DNA of 64,000 nucleotides. Origin: Octopus sinensis (Eukaryota). The stretch is from the NCBI RefSeq assembly GCF_006345805.1, contig NC_043000.1, positions 27,094,001 through 27,158,000 of the forward strand, given 5' to 3'. Numbering within the stretch: position 1 is the first letter of the stretch; every line of letters starts with the position of its first letter. Position numbers and translations under genes: made by a program. The notes beneath the pieces were generated by a model. That model saw only the letters and a program-made list of their open reading frames with translations, had not been told where the DNA came from and did not search any database. Positions 1 to 15,131 of this stretch are shown in pieces.

Positions 1-815
1 TCACTATGTGCCGACCGTTCTTTCCAGAACGTGTAGCGCCAGGAGTTTTCGGCTTGCTCGTATCTGTCCTTTTCGTTGATTTACCAAAATTTATTTGCCA
101 AAGTTCAAAAGGAACATCAATGTCATAAGTCTAATCAGCCTGGGAAGACCTGCGAAGGGCATTGCTGCTGCTCATTCCTTCACAACCGAAAATCCCAAAC
201 AACAAAATGAAGAATAGAAATCAATCGACCATTGGGGAAATGACTTACGATAGACTTTGCAGCTTTATGTTCGCAACCCAATTCTCGCAAATTCTCTTTC
301 TTTAATTCAATACTCCGTACTCCACAAAATAAAGTACCTAACAAGTACTGTGATCGTGAGTTGTCGCTTTGTCTTCCTTGTCTTTCATATTACATCCGGT
401 CGGTTAAGAATTGTTCATATTTTCACTGAAGATACTAACTGGACACACGAAGCGTAATAAATGACTGCTGAGCTGTAGGTTACGAAACTTATAACTCTTA
501 GGTCTGTGCAGAAAAGAGCTCAAAGACAGAAAATGCATTGCAGCCTAGATTTCTAGCAAAGAGAACTCGGAATGGAAAGGCACGATCTTGGTACAGTAGA
601 AGAAGGACTAAGTACTAATACATACATACAAAAAATACCCTACTCTTGATGTTGAAATTCCAATGAAGGAATCTTGGATCTAGTTTAGAAACCGGTTCTT
701 TCTCTATGGTAAGAAATTTTGAAATTTGAAATAAACTGACACAAACATGTGCGTACGTACTCATATTGATATAAAAATATGTACATATATTTAAATTTGC
801 ATATATGTGTGTAAG

Positions 816-818
<3 letters not shown>

Positions 819-883
<65 letters not shown>

Positions 884-933
884 GAAAGAGATAGATATAT
901 GGATAGATGGATATATATATATATATATAATAT

Positions 934-977
<44 letters not shown>

Positions 978-1035
978 TAGATAGATAGATAGATAGATGA
1001 ATAGATGGAAAGATGGATAGATCGATAGATAGATG
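819..1035. repeat. compound (TA)n/(GATA)n microsatellite
   Basis: Direct inspection; explains the YI/LSIY ORFs. Confidence 0.95.
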
Positions 1036-1541
1036 GATATAGGTACTGAGGAAGAGGATGGGAAAAAATTAATTGATAACTCAAAACAAGCATGCAACAC
1101 ACACCTACACACGCATACACAAACACATACATAATCATATATACATAAATATATATTCATCCATTTACATATCTTCATGCAGACACACACTTGAAATTCC
1201 TGCACATGAAAATACAAACACATGTCGATCATATACGCATATGACGCATATAAATATAGTTATATCTGCATATATTTCTCTCTCCTTTTCTTTCTCTCTC
1301 TCTCTCTCTCTTTCACTCATCAGCTTCATACATTATTGTATGTACTTTCACACATATATTTATAGGTTTGTTAACGCAATAAAACTGTAATGCTAATATG
1401 AACCAGCGCGTGCGTATATGCACATATACACTCAGTCACACATGCATACATATATCAATAGTCCTTTAAAATATAAATAAATGGCTTTAGAATGTAAATT
1501 AGAATTTGATGAAAGTTTTTCTCCCACTACATTTCATTCAT

Positions 1542-1543
<2 letters not shown>

Positions 1544-1578
<35 letters not shown>

Positions 1579-1619
1579 TATTATTATTATTATTATTATC
1601 ATTCTCATTATTATTATTA

Positions 1620-1652
<33 letters not shown>

Positions 1653-1714
1653 CATTACCATTATTATTATTATTATTATTATCATTATCATCATTATTAT
1701 TATTATTATTATTA

Positions 1715-1750
<36 letters not shown>

Positions 1751-1869
1751 TATTATTATTGTTATTATTATTATTATTATATTATTACCATTATTATTAT
1801 GTTATTATTATTATTATTATATTATTATTATTACTACTATTATTATTATTATTATTATTATTATCATCA

Positions 1870-1917
<48 letters not shown>

Positions 1918-1950
1918 TATTATTATTGTTGTTGTTGTTGCTGTTATTAT
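1544..1950. repeat. (TTA)n trinucleotide microsatellite with ATC/GTT variants
   Basis: About 400 bp of TTA repeats. Confidence 0.95.
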
Positions 1951-3149
1951 TTCTAATCTGGAATTGCCTGAATATGCAAATCAGTGCCATTAGCAGTGTC
2001 TGCAAGTTCTCAGGAACGCTGCTATGTCTTAGATGCTAGGCTTAAATCTGACAAGTTCGCAGGAACATTGTTGTGGAGCGGTGAGGGAACGTTGAAAGAA
2101 AACACACATAAAGAGACATTTAAAAAAACCCACAACGAATACCAAAGTACAAAACGAGAAAAAAAACCAAGAAAAAACAGTCAGGAACCACCATTTTATC
2201 TGGTTTTTTTTTTTTTTTTTTACCATTCTTCTTAACTATTAGAAATCTGAATTTCGCTGAATTCTCAGTTCCTTTTTGTGTTTTCTTTTGATTGTTCTTT
2301 GCATGCATTTTTTCGTATTTTTTTTTGTGACGTATATTTTTGTGCTTTTTGTATCTTTTTTGCAGATTTACAATTCTATTGTTTTTATTTAAATTTTATT
2401 ACACTGGTACAGTTGAAAACATATAAAATAATTTAAGGACAAGGAGATAAGAGAAGTACAAACAATAAAAAAAACGTGAATATTCCTTTTGTTTAACATT
2501 ATTTTTGAGTTTTACATTACTGTTTGTTTTTAATGACTTTTGTTTTTTCTTTATGTTTTCTATCATTACCTTCACGATCTCTCCCTCTCTCTCTGTTTCA
2601 ACTTCTTCCTTCTCTTTACCGTTCCCATTATTCACCTCCTTGTTACGCTAATCAATTCACTTATATAAACATAATATAATCATAAATCAATCAGCAATAC
2701 GAAAAATAAAAAAAATAAAAGGAACAAGCACAAAAATATAAAAAAAAGAAAGAAAAATCTAAGAAAACGATTTTCCTGAACAAATCGTAATTTTGAACGA
2801 AGTTAAACCATAAGGAAAACAGATTTAAGGAATGTTTATTAAGTTGGAATTTATATCTTCTGAACCTCAGCCGATATGACTGACAATTTCGTTAACGTTT
2901 CGGCTTACGCCAACCCTGATTTAGCAAACCTAATATCATGGGTACTTAAACCAGTACATGAAGATCTTTTTCTCAAGTAGGACCCCAACCAGTGACATAT
3001 AGAAGTACCAAGGAGATACCTTTGTTCAGGGAATATGACTCTGGTTAAAGAAGTATAAACACTGTCTGTATATTCTGGTTCATAAACACTATTTTAGAAT
3101 ATACAAATATAAATTCAGTTTTTCCTAATTTATTTCTGTGTATCAAGTG

Positions 3150-3530
3150 TAGAGGCGCAATAGAACAGTGGTGAGGGAAGCAGACTCACGGTCGTGGGAT
3201 CGCGGTTTCGATTCTCACATGGAGGTTGTGGGTGTTTATTGAGCGAAAGCACCTAAAGCTCTACGAGGATCCGGTAGAGGGAGGGAGGTGGCGAGCCCTG
3301 CTTTACTCTTTCACCACAACTTTCTCTCGCTATTTTTACCTGTTTCTGTTGTACCTGTATTTCAAGGGCCAGCCTTGTCACACACTGTGCCACGAAGAAT
3401 CTCCCCGAGAATGACATTAATGGTACGCGTGTCTGTGGAGTGCTCAGCCGCTCACACGTTAATTTCACGATCAGGTTGTTCCGTTGATCGGATGAACTGG
3501 AACCCTCGTCGTCGCAACCGACGGAGTGCC
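3150..3530 (+). mobile_element. tRNA-derived SINE, family B (diverged copy)
   Basis: Homologous along its length to the TSD-flanked copy at 25228-25612; head gaggcgcaat...ggtttcgattc. Confidence 0.8.
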
Positions 3531-4399
3531 ACGTTATGTGTATCACGTATGTTTTGTTTTGCTGCGGGATGTGGTTTGAAGAATATGTAACAAGTAGTCA
3601 GCAGCATCACTCAAATATCGATCAGGTGTTGCGATATAGTAATTATATGTACGTTCATACATACACATATGTGTAAGTGTGAATCTGTAGGTACGTTTTC
3701 TCCCCCAAGTCAATACACCAATGTTTGTGTGTCATTCTACAATAGAAATCCAAAAGAAGTACTATGTATTATCAGTGTAATTGGAAACATGCTTGATGAA
3801 CTTCTTGAAAACTTCGTTATATTTCGGGCATCTTCGGTTATCGAAAGCACAACAGTACAGCTGGTTTTCATAAAGGTAATATAAAGTTGTCTGTGATTAG
3901 TTTACTAAATCCGAACCCCTACTAGAAGAAGAATTGCTCACATTTTTACCACGATGGTATTCCATAGAATTAGAAATGCGATTCAAATTTTAGGATTATA
4001 GAGATACGCAACAATTGTTTTAATCAATAAATGTTAAATCTTTTGCATCGCATCGCTGATTTTTTATTATCCAGAAATAACGAGATTGTTGGGGAACATT
4101 TCACAAGAATTACACATTAAAACCACCGGATCTTAGTAATAAAGGACTCTTTCTCCATCGCATTCATAGATTTCATTCGTTACATCGATCTGATGAAAGA
4201 GAGTGACGTTTCTCAATGACAACTGAGGACGAGTTTCCTTACACAGCAAATGCTTAGCATGAAATCATTTATTGAGATTTGAAATTTGAGATTTTGATGA
4301 GAGAAACTTCTGTCGTTTTTCACAACGTGACCCTTCGTCAAGTTACGTGTACAGTGGTGTTTCAAAGGACAGTGATTGATCCATTTCAGAGTGTTTCGA

Positions 4400-5120
4400 T
4401 AACCTTTTCACTGTTGACCCATATAAATGTTTCTTTCTTCGTCCTCAGCCTGATCTAAGTCTTCATTTACTCGTAATATCATACATACAAATGTGTAAGT
4501 ATTGTTAATCTGGTTTTACAATATATTTTAGCGGGATTATTACTATTACCAATGTCCATACCTTTTCCGAGAACATATCTAATCTTTTAGATTTCAGACT
4601 GAAGTCTCAACTGAAACAATTATACTTTGTCAATTTGCATATGTAAAAAGGGCTACGCTCCAGTATCAGGCCCATAGGCGTAATATCGTCTCTCCAGTTA
4701 TTTTCTTTTACTGATATAATAGCTCTGTTTTTCCAAACTGATAGATCTCGTATCACTTCTGCTCAGGCGGCCTCGCATCGCTGGTCGTTTCATTTCTCAC
4801 CACCCTTCATGTGATCAACCCTGAAGTCACATCTATATCTAACATATGTAAGAATGAACCCAATTTTACTTGAACGTAACGGAACCCCGCTTAAGTTAGT
4901 AGCAGTTCTTTCTTTGTTTTAACCCTAGCTTGAATTTGACCGAACTCACGAAATCATAGACGGCTTTTTAACTAGGTAATCTCATAACATTGTCCGAAAT
5001 AAGGAATCTAGAATTCCCTCGTGTACAACATCAACCGTTATAATTAAAAATAGTTGAGTGTAGAACGGGAAAGATATGCAGGGTGACAATACCCTGCAGA
5101 ATTCTAATGTTGACTCGTAG
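4400..5120 (-). pseudogene. highly decayed RTE-like reverse transcriptase fragment
   Basis: Minus-strand remnants such as WSVALFTY and KRLDMF..KVW resemble the RTE RT C-terminal region; many stops and frameshifts. Confidence 0.35.
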
Positions 5121-5399
5121 AGGAGAGAAAACTCTAGAAATGATACAGAAATAATGGGTCTAATTTCGATTACATCCGTTGCTCTTGAAAAGAGATGTCT
5201 CCGAGAAAATCAATAATGATCACAACTTCTAATTTCTTCTCCCTTTAAAACTAGAAAATAAATATATCATTCATGCGAACACATTTTACTTTCCCTTAAT
5301 TTTTTTCGTATGTTAATATCATTATTGGAAAATTGCTTGTACCCTTCTCTTATGATGGAACTTTGTGGATTTACAAGTCACACCCTGTGACTTCGGCCA

Positions 5400-6940
5400 T
5401 CCAAGAACTTTCGAACGATCTCCGCCTTTGACATTATTCAATGTACTTTTGCGAGCCTGTTTTTATCTGTTCACTCCTTGAACCAATGACAATTGTTACG
5501 ACTTCACTTTTTGTTCTACTCTACAATCTGCTTCTCTTTCTCTGTGTCTCTCTTCGTGTCGTGGTTTATTTTTCTTTTACTTTTGTCCCAAATGCACAGG
5601 CCACATCCGTTCTGTAGCAAGTGCGTTCCGTCTTCTCAACCACCATGATATCCGCTCTGTTACGCTCTAGGACATGATCCGTTTGAATAGAAAAGCCACA
5701 AAGAATTTGAATCTCATAATTCTCAGTCAAAGTTTCAGCTGCTACTGCATGCCACTTATGTCTTGATGGAAGTCCACAATTCTTACACACTTTCCAGTGG
5801 ATGATCTTTGCAGCGTAATCACATTTTGTAATCTATGCACCCATTAAACCCAGTCACGTTAACCTTCTTTTCCAGTTCATTAATATCATATTGTCTATTA
5901 ATACCTGATCTTTTTTCCCCTTGACCAGCCTTTACAGCTCATCCTGCAATAAACGTTTATCATCCAAACATTTGTACAGTTCGTCACCTATTACTTATGT
6001 CAGCAGCTTCCGTACGATTGATAAACAAGACTACTCGAACTCTCCGGTAACATTCATTCCTGATTTTCTCTTTCATGCTTGCAATGCTGAAACCAGCGTC
6101 TACATTTATTCTGAGATATTTGTAATTTTGTTCCTGCTCAAGCTCTTTTACCACTGTGTCATCATCCAATACCACTGACGGTGAGGTTTTCACTTTCTTT
6201 TTCTGGAAAGTGACCTTGGCACATGTATCAACGCCAAATTCCATTCCGACGTCATCGCTGAATGCTTTCGCGGTACATAATAGACTTTCTAGCTCATTAT
6301 TGTCTTTGCCATATAATTTTAAGTCATTCATGTAAAATAGATGGCATATTTCCCGTTCTCAATTTTACACCCATACCTTCTTCTGTTAAGTTCAATTATA
6401 AGGGACATTAGGGGTATTAGGGCTATCCAAAAATTAAAGGTCAAAATGAATCACCTCAGAAAATATCTCAGTTAATATTAATATCGTTTGAAGTCAGTAT
6501 TCCGTTAGAGTGGTATAATTGGAGATTCGTATTCCACGCTGCCATATTACAGTTCAAGAAGTTTTAAATTACAGGAGAAATATTGAAGCTAGCCAGCGAT
6601 TTCGAGATCTATTAATGCGATATGCTGTCAAAGACGATTTTTATAGTCACTCCATGCTGAACTGAGATTTCTGCGTTTGTTATGACAGTTCTCAAGGATC
6701 ATGCGATTGATTGGGAGGTGATCTTTGCATCCACATGACATTCGTCGGCACATTTTTGCTCAATGGCGAAAATATCGTCGCTTCCATAAATGTAGATGGT
6801 TTTGTGAACGTGGATGGATTTAAAATTCTATGCGTGATAAATAAAAGGGTTATGCGCCGATAGTTTTGAGGAAATTTGGTTTCATTATTCGCAGAAAGTA
6901 ATACCAATTGCTAACCAATCCGGCGTTTTCTTAGAATCTC
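5400..6940 (-). mobile_element. decayed R4/Dong-like non-LTR retrotransposon (RT + RLE remnants)
   Basis: ORF fragments PQNYRRITLL, (Y)MNDLKLY...FGVDTCAKV and IQTDHVLERNRADIMV...TDVAC (PD-D/ExK endonuclease region). Confidence 0.85.
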
Positions 6941-6943
6941 TCT

Positions 6944-7090
6944 ATCATCATCATCATCGTCATCGTCGTCGTCGTTGTTGTTGTTGTTGTTCTTATCATC
7001 ATCATCATCATCATCATCCTTATTGTTATTATTATTATTATTGCTATTATTGTTATTATATCATCATCATCATCATTATTGTTGTTGTTA

Positions 7091-7154
<64 letters not shown>

Positions 7155-7180
7155 GTTATTATTATTATCATTATTATTGT
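6944..7180. repeat. (CAT/GTT/TTA)n microsatellite between two Dong-like copies
   Basis: Direct inspection. Confidence 0.9.
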
Positions 7181-7182
7181 AT

Positions 7183-9545
7183 TAAAACTTACAGCTTATT
7201 TTGCTGGGTATGATGGAAAGTGTCTGCTGTCCACAGCCAGCAGACTATGGTGACACTTGTTTACTGGTCATGATTCAAGAACCCTGCGAAGAATTCTTTC
7301 AGTTCCAAGCAATGCTGATTTTTGTAGGTGTTCTACCTTCACACTTGCACCAATCTTTTCCAGCCATGTTAGTAGTTGAGTGCTGATACTTCCAAGTGCA
7401 CCAATTACTATTGGTATCACGGCTACTCTCTTCATTGACCACAACCAAAGTTGTTTATTATTCCTTTTTCTTTCACATAGATCCTGTTGTCACCGGGGTG
7501 TGCTATGCCGATAATCATCCATATTCTTTCTCTTTTATTCACCACAACAATGTCCGCTTTCCGATGTCTGGTCAGGTGATCGCACTGGATCATTACATTC
7601 CACAACTTTTGAGGTTCTCCTTTTCAGTGACTCCTTCTGGGGTTTGTTCATACCACGTCTTTGCCATAAGTAGGCCGTGATTTCCACAGAGCTCCCACTG
7701 GATCATTATTGCCTCATTGTCAAGGGGTATCATACAGAGAACGAAAAAAACAGAGATTGGCTGTCACCCAGGAAAATTCCTCTTCTGATAGCCAGGGTAC
7801 CCAAGCTTTTTTTTAAGATGTCAGTTCAGATTTCCATCTCATCATACTTCTTTTCAGGAAACAAATTGTATTCCTTGCGATTCCAAAGAGATTTAAGCAC
7901 TCAACCATCCACGAATGTAGAATCATAGCATAAGGTTTAGGCCATGCCTAAATTTGTTCTCCTTCGTTTACAATCTTGCATTAACATTTTGTCTATCAAT
8001 AATTGAACTTTGGTACCTCTGCATCACATTCTGCGGCCTTTTTGTACCGGTGGTAATATATCGTTCTTATCAAGAAATTTATACAGTTCTTCTGCAATTA
8101 CTCCTGACAGTAACTTCCACATTAACAGAATGCAGGAAATAGGTCTGTAATTGTCAGCAATATTTCTCGTTGATGTATCCTTTAGGCACAACACCGTTCG
8201 TTGTTTTGTTAACCAGCCTGAGATTTCTTCTTCTCCATTGATCATGGCAACTACTGAACTTTTTCATCCAAAATCCCTGTACACGATCAGATGCTGCTGC
8301 TTTCCAATTGCTTATCTTTTTACTCATATTTTTGTTACTGTCTTCAGTGAAGTGGATATCATCTTGTTGGGGATAAGAAGCTGTCTGCTTCAGGCTGCAG
8401 AACCATTCACCTGTAGTATTATGTTGGTATTATGTTGTTCTTGCTTATCCCATATCTTACCCTAAAAAAGTCGACTTTCATCAGCATCAGGGACTAATCT
8501 TTCACGTTTTTTATCGTCATTAATCTCTTGATAAAATCTTTTTTGGTCAGTTCTAAACAATATGTTTTGCTGGTGTTTCTAAATCCGCTGTTGAAACCTA
8601 GTCAGCGTTGCTTTATTTGCATGTATGTACTGCTTCAGTTCTTCAGTTACAGTATTCAAGCTTTTTATACTTACACCATACTTCTTCCTAACTGTTTCGA
8701 ATTTCCATTCATTCTCAAGTTCTCCATTTCTTTTTCTGACAAGTGTTGACACAACACAGTTCAAGGCTTTTCTATCTTCTGGAATTCTCCTTTTCCACTA
8801 CGGTTTATTTCCTCTTCTATGCATCGCTGTTCTGTTCTCAGTAGTTCTCAATCCCATCCTTTCTGCAACACTCCAACTGGCCGCCTTGATAAGATTATTT
8901 GTTTCAATGATTCTCGGTACATATTGACTTTACTCGTCTCTTAATTTAGCTTCCATTGGTTAGCCCTCTGTCTCTGTATTTAATAGATCCAAAATTCTGT
9001 CTATTATTAATCGATCTTCATTGTTTGAGTAGGCACTGATCCCAATTCTTTCACAATTCACGGTATTATATTCTTGCGAACAACTGTCCATCTCTTCCAC
9101 AATATCACTTTCAATTCTCGCATGCCCAACTTCACTCGATATCCTTCTTTTAATAGCTTCTAGCTCCAATTCGCTTAACCATACATTCTTTGGTATTACT
9201 CTTGCTTGGTCACATAATATATGATCAGTAACTTCCAAAAGTTCCATTACCTTGCATTCACTGTGCATTCATTTTCTGTACCCTCTGACAGACACACCAT
9301 TCGCATCCCTTGGGGTGCTCCGGTAGAAACACTCCCTAGCCATCATGTCTTCTTGTTTACTCCAGCTATATCTTGCAGCATGGATAGCAGTTACCGGATT
9401 ACGACCGGGTCCACCCTGATACACATTGTGGCATCTGCTGTGTGCGGCATTTCCTTGATTCCAGTCTCGTTCACATTGTTATCGTCATTCATTTCGCTTG
9501 ACATTTTCACAAATGAATTATGGTTTTAGGTTACTATCAACCGGT
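7183..9545 (-). mobile_element. R4/Dong-like retrotransposon spanning N-terminus to 3' UTR, decayed and internally deleted
   Basis: N-terminal motif WSKQED..ECFYRS..GYRK..LCDQARVI..WLSELELEAIK; RT NYRPISC and GIFLGDS; C-terminus VIPIVIGALG...LLGTERILRRVLES*; ends in a (TAA)n tract. Confidence 0.85.
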
Positions 9546-9569
9546 ATTTTTTATGTAACAGATATATGA

Positions 9570-9639
<70 letters not shown>

Positions 9640-9770
9640 TGCTCGCTTAGCCAACGGGGTGGCGTTATTTGAAGGTTAAAACAATGTGAAGCGCATTGTG
9701 ACCAGCGATGTGTAGCAACATCTAATAGCCTGATCGGTCACGGTGATCACGGTGATATATATATATATAT

Positions 9771-9802
<32 letters not shown>

Positions 9803-9824
9803 CTATATATATATACATATAGAT

Positions 9825-9855
<31 letters not shown>

Positions 9856-9883
9856 CATAGATATGTATATATTATATATATTA

Positions 9884-9931
<48 letters not shown>

Positions 9932-9944
9932 GTGTGTGTGTGTA

Positions 9945-10330
9945 TTACTCTTTTATTTTTACTCTTTTACTTGTTTCACTCATTTGACTGCGGCCATGCT
10001 GGAGCACCGCCTTTAGACGAGGAAATCAACCCCAGGACTTATTCTTTGTAAGCCTAGTGCTTATTCTATCGGTCTGTTTTGCCGAACCGCAAAACACACC
10101 ACCATCGTTTGCCGAACCGTAAACATACAACCATCGATTGTCAAGCAATGTTGTGGTGACAAACACACACACACACACCCACATATACATATACATATAT
10201 ATATATATATAACACTGGGGTCCGAGGCTATAGTAGAAGACACTAGGCAAAGGTGCCACACAGTGGGAATGAACCCGGAACAACGTGATTGGTAAGCAAG
10301 CAACTTACCACACAGCCACTGCTGCGCCTA
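9945..10330 (-). mobile_element. SINE family C copy
   Basis: Reverse complement matches 26569-26989, including the gtaaaaga tail and internal microsatellite. Confidence 0.8.
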
Positions 10331-10366
10331 TTTATACACACACACACACACACACACATATATACA

Positions 10367-10438
<72 letters not shown>

Positions 10439-11036
10439 ATATATTATATATATATATATATCGAGAAAGTCCTCTCCACTTCTACAAAACGAAACAGGTC
10501 ATTTATCCCTCCAGAACCTTCTACTTTAATGTCGCCTAAAGCGCCTCTATGATTTGCATCTCGAAAACAGAATGAAATTCACAAGGTTATCACCATAAAT
10601 GACAAAGGAGTAGTAAACCTTGAAACGAAAATGCTGGTAGTGATGTTAATTACCGCCATACTTTTAACTGGGCACCGACACGATTGCTTTATATTATACA
10701 GGAGACAAATTCCATTATAGAAGCTTCCATACAATATTGACAGGGGTCATTAAAAACAATTCTTTAAGTTCAACTCCATTTCTTTCTAGAGCGGTCCTGC
10801 TGTTTATAAATCTACTGATAAATGGAACACTTGAAACAAATTCTCTCTCATGATTAGTTAGAGGAGTTATTGTTGAATTCTTCAGTAATATCAATATTCT
10901 TTTGTATTATGATACATACATATATCTATGTATATAAGTCTGTAAGTATGTATATCTATATATCTGTATGTGTGTGTGTACATGTATCTATGTATGCATA
11001 AATATGTGTATGTAGGTGCGTGAGTGCGTGTGTGTT

Positions 11037-11067
<31 letters not shown>

Positions 11068-11127
11068 TATAAAGCATAATGAATAATATACGGATAAATA
11101 ACACACACACACTCACTCACACACACG

Positions 11128-11158
<31 letters not shown>

Positions 11159-11215
11159 CTATATATATAACTATATATATAGGTATACATGTGATGTAGA
11201 TATTAAATATATGCA

Positions 11216-11282
<67 letters not shown>

Positions 11283-11700
11283 AGATCCCTCAGGACTGTG
11301 AAATATTTTCTTTGGCGACTTGCTTCTTCCAATCTGAGAGAAGAAAGCAGCGACAGTGAGGTGAAAGTGAAAGAAAGAAAATGTTCGAAGTATCACGTAG
11401 TATGTAGATCGTTGTGAAATTGCGAGAGACAGAGAGATGAAAGTGAACGGCTCTCTCTCTATATATGCATATCTGTAAACAGTAATAATCATAAGCGTAA
11501 ATCTTATAAACGATCACCATGTGTTGACTAAAGAAAATAGTCTAGAATTTACGGCATATAAGACCACGACTGAAAAAACGGGTTTCCCGTTCGAACGGTA
11601 CACGAACCAACACTTCTGATAGTCGCGCTAAGTGCGCTAAACTTTGCACCAACGTACCAAGTCACTTTTTTTCCCTTAGATTTGTTTTTGTCGTTTGTTC

Positions 11701-12145
11701 CTTCTCGAGACTCCCCTGGCTCAAAAGGGCTGGTTTCCCGGTTTCCTTGGCGTGTAGGTCCCCCACTTCGACGGGACGCCGGTCCGTCGCAGGTGAGCTG
11801 CAAGATGCAGGGGGGAAAGAGTAAGAGAAAGTTTTGGCGAAAGAATCAGCAGAAGTTCCCCATCACTTTCTGCCGGAGCCGCGTGGAGCCTAGGTGTTTC
11901 GCTCATGAACACACTCATCGACCGGTCTGAGATTCGAAAAATGTCCCTTCTGGAGCCATGCGAGGCTCATAAGGGCTGGTTTCCCGGTTCAGTGGCGTAG
12001 AATTTCTTCACCTGGACGGGACGCCGGTCCGTTGCAGGATTACTCAATTTTGCCAGCTGAGTGGATTGGAGGAACGTGAAATGAAGTGTTTTCCTCAAGA
12101 ACTCAACGCATCGCCCGATCCAGGAATCGAAACAACATTACGATC
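11701..12145 (-). mobile_element. two adjacent partial tRNA-SINEs (B-variant and E-type bodies)
   Basis: 11701-11938 matches 29950-30222. 11950-12145 shares the same 3' tail plus the ...tcaagaac.caac domain seen at 47960-48050. Confidence 0.7.
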
Positions 12146-12208
12146 ATAGATAAAGTGAGAAGTGTCGATGCTGTAACTAATAATAAAAATAATAATAATA
12201 ATAACAAT

Positions 12209-12244
<36 letters not shown>

Positions 12245-12489
12245 TGTAATAATAATAATAATAATAATAATAATAGCAAGAAGAAGAAGAAGAAGAAGAA
12301 TATTGATATGCTTAAAGTTTATACGCGACCAGTGCGTGTTGACTAAAGAATGGTGCACTATTTTCTTTAGTCCAATACACGTGATCGCTTATGAGCTGTA
12401 ATCTTAGAAATGTTACTATTATTTTTTTTTACCAGACTGTCACTCGTCACCGCTTCTCAATTTATTATACACAGACACACATATATGTC

Positions 12490-12577
<88 letters not shown>

Positions 12578-15131
12578 TGTGTGTGAATGTGTATGTATAT
12601 GTACATATCTGTGTGTATGTATGTGGACAGGTCGTATATACTCTTTGAACACATGAACAACACACATTTAATCAAATTTGCTGACTGCAGATTATAACAC
12701 ATTCATTTGTGCATTACATTTCTAAACTATTCCACATCTTGGATGAAACAACATACAAAAGAATTCTTTCGGCAAAAAGACAAATATTCATTCACCAACT
12801 CATTACAATTCGTAGAACACGACTCTCTATGTTCTGAGTTCAAATGCTGAACTTCATTTTTGAAATTCCAATAAGGAACCGGGGAACAACTGTGGATGAT
12901 CTATCGAATGCCTCTGCTGTTTAATCGACCGATCCTGAAGCCTCAAGTCTTCAAGCAAGCGTCAATTCTTGGATATTTCGAATGAATTTGTTTAAGGCTG
13001 TTTGCGGTTTAATATCGGAGGGTTGCAAACCCCAACATCAATTATAATATCGTCTGTTTGTCTGAGCAACCCCAAGTCTCATTAGACATGAAACATATAC
13101 GGTGGACAACAAAACTAATATCCTACAATCTGTAACCTATATACTTATTTCCTGTAATTCACGATACATAAGGTGTATCTATAATCGTACCCGGTTCGAG
13201 TTAGCAAGTGAACGAAAGGAAAATTCAACTTCGCAACTATCTCACATACAGATTGGTTCTGCCCTCTACCGTTTTAATTAATTTTGCTCTTCTTTATGAC
13301 TTAATTGACTAAATCTTCCACCGGGTTCCACACTTCATATAAATATGTTCGCTTTGTTATCTCTGCCATGACAGACATTCCTGATCCACGGTTCTTTCCA
13401 CAAAATGCCCTCGCTTAAGATATTTTAATTTTATTTATTCTGCTGTAGATGTTTAGCAACTGATGCTAAAACTCAATATCTTTCACATCAACTCCTAATC
13501 TATTAACAAAAATTGCTAGAGAACCAAATGTACTCCCCGAGCTATAGGCTAATAAGGCCAGTCTCACGAATTCTTTGGCGGTCCGTTACATGGTTACTCC
13601 GTTTTGGCAGTTGCGTCGACTCTAGTAACGTGGAATGAAGTGTTTTGTTGAAAACCGCAAAACATCACCCACAGAAAACTAAACAACAACGTTGCGAGTA
13701 TGAGTGAAACACGTTAATCACTAAACGACGTGCCTTCACCGGAATAACTAATTCGCCATATTGCGCTATTCAATTTGACTAGTTGAACAAACAACAACCC
13801 TTTCTCCATTTCCAGCAATTTCTTATATCCACGTCTTAAAAGAAACCAAAATATGGCTAATTTTTCTCTTTGGAGTATTACCTAAGTCTCTTATGAAAAC
13901 ATATTTCAGAAATATAAATATTTTTTGCCATTTTGTGCCTTGTATAATTATCTATTTTGGATACTTCGTCATTTCTCATATTCAAAACTTTTAGAAGATA
14001 AAATCGAATGTACTCTGTGTTTTATTTTTCAGTAATTTGTCCCAATAGTGCTTTAGTGATGAATGGCTGGCGAATAATAACTGTCAAATAGTTTTTACTA
14101 CGGCAAACTGCATTTCGTCTAAATGTTTTAACTCTGCGAAAAGAGAGAAAGAGAAAAAAACTACAATACTCGAATAAATATAGACAAATAACAAATAAAA
14201 GTTCTAAATATAGAGATGGTTAATAATAAGAAAAAGCAAAACAAAAAAAAGGAAAGAAAAAACAAAAGAAGAAAAGAGAAAGGACAAAACTAATAAAAAT
14301 AATCATAATCGGAAAACATAATAAAATACCATTGAGGGTGTTCGGCTTTTAAAAGAGTGACGAATGGCTCGAGGCTATATACAGAATAAAAGAATAACGG
14401 CAGAGTTATTATTATAGAAAAAAAGATTCACGTTAATATGAAAATTTTATATAATATTATTCTGCTATGGTCTACATATGCAACGTTTTAGACAAACGCC
14501 ATCTTAACTATACAACTGAATAGAAGCCAATATCTAGTATACAAACAACGTTTGTATTATTCAGAAGACAAATGTTTGATAAAGATATATTTATACTTTA
14601 AATTCACACACACACACACACACACGCGCGTTATGGCTCTATGTATATGCGTATGTGTGTACATGTGTTTGTGTGAGTTATGCATTTGCGTTTTAGAATC
14701 AGTACCACAGTAAAGCAGTGACTGTAATTTGTTTTTTTGACTTTAGTTCAGCCATATCTATTTATTTCTCACACTAAAAAAACCTATACAGCGCAGCAAA
14801 TTATGATTTGTTGAATGATCACCATTGCAGTCTCTCGGTAGCAATGTATATATATACATATAGTAATAGCAATAATAATCCTAAGTATGGAATTTATAAC
14901 CAACCTAATGCATCTCTACGCGTGTTTGCAAAGATTACATGCTTCGCTCGAAGAAATGAATGACTGAGCATTGTCTACCCGACGCCTATCGATAGTATAG
15001 ACTGCACTGTAATCATCCCAGAAATAACATCTTAAGAAACATGTTATTTATGGAAACACGCTTAGCGAAGCATTTATTTATATATTCCATTTATTTATGT
15101 ATTCCATCCAAGGATTATTATTATTATTATT

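Noticed and set aside
615-2039. Long hydrophobic YI, poly-I/L/Y ORFs here and throughout the window
   Set aside because: Translations of (TA)n, (TTA)n and (TATC)n repeats.
2004-2068. Repeated caagttc(t/g)caggaac, STAT-like TTC(N4)GAA pair
   Set aside because: Only two short copies with no gene context; cannot be distinguished from chance.
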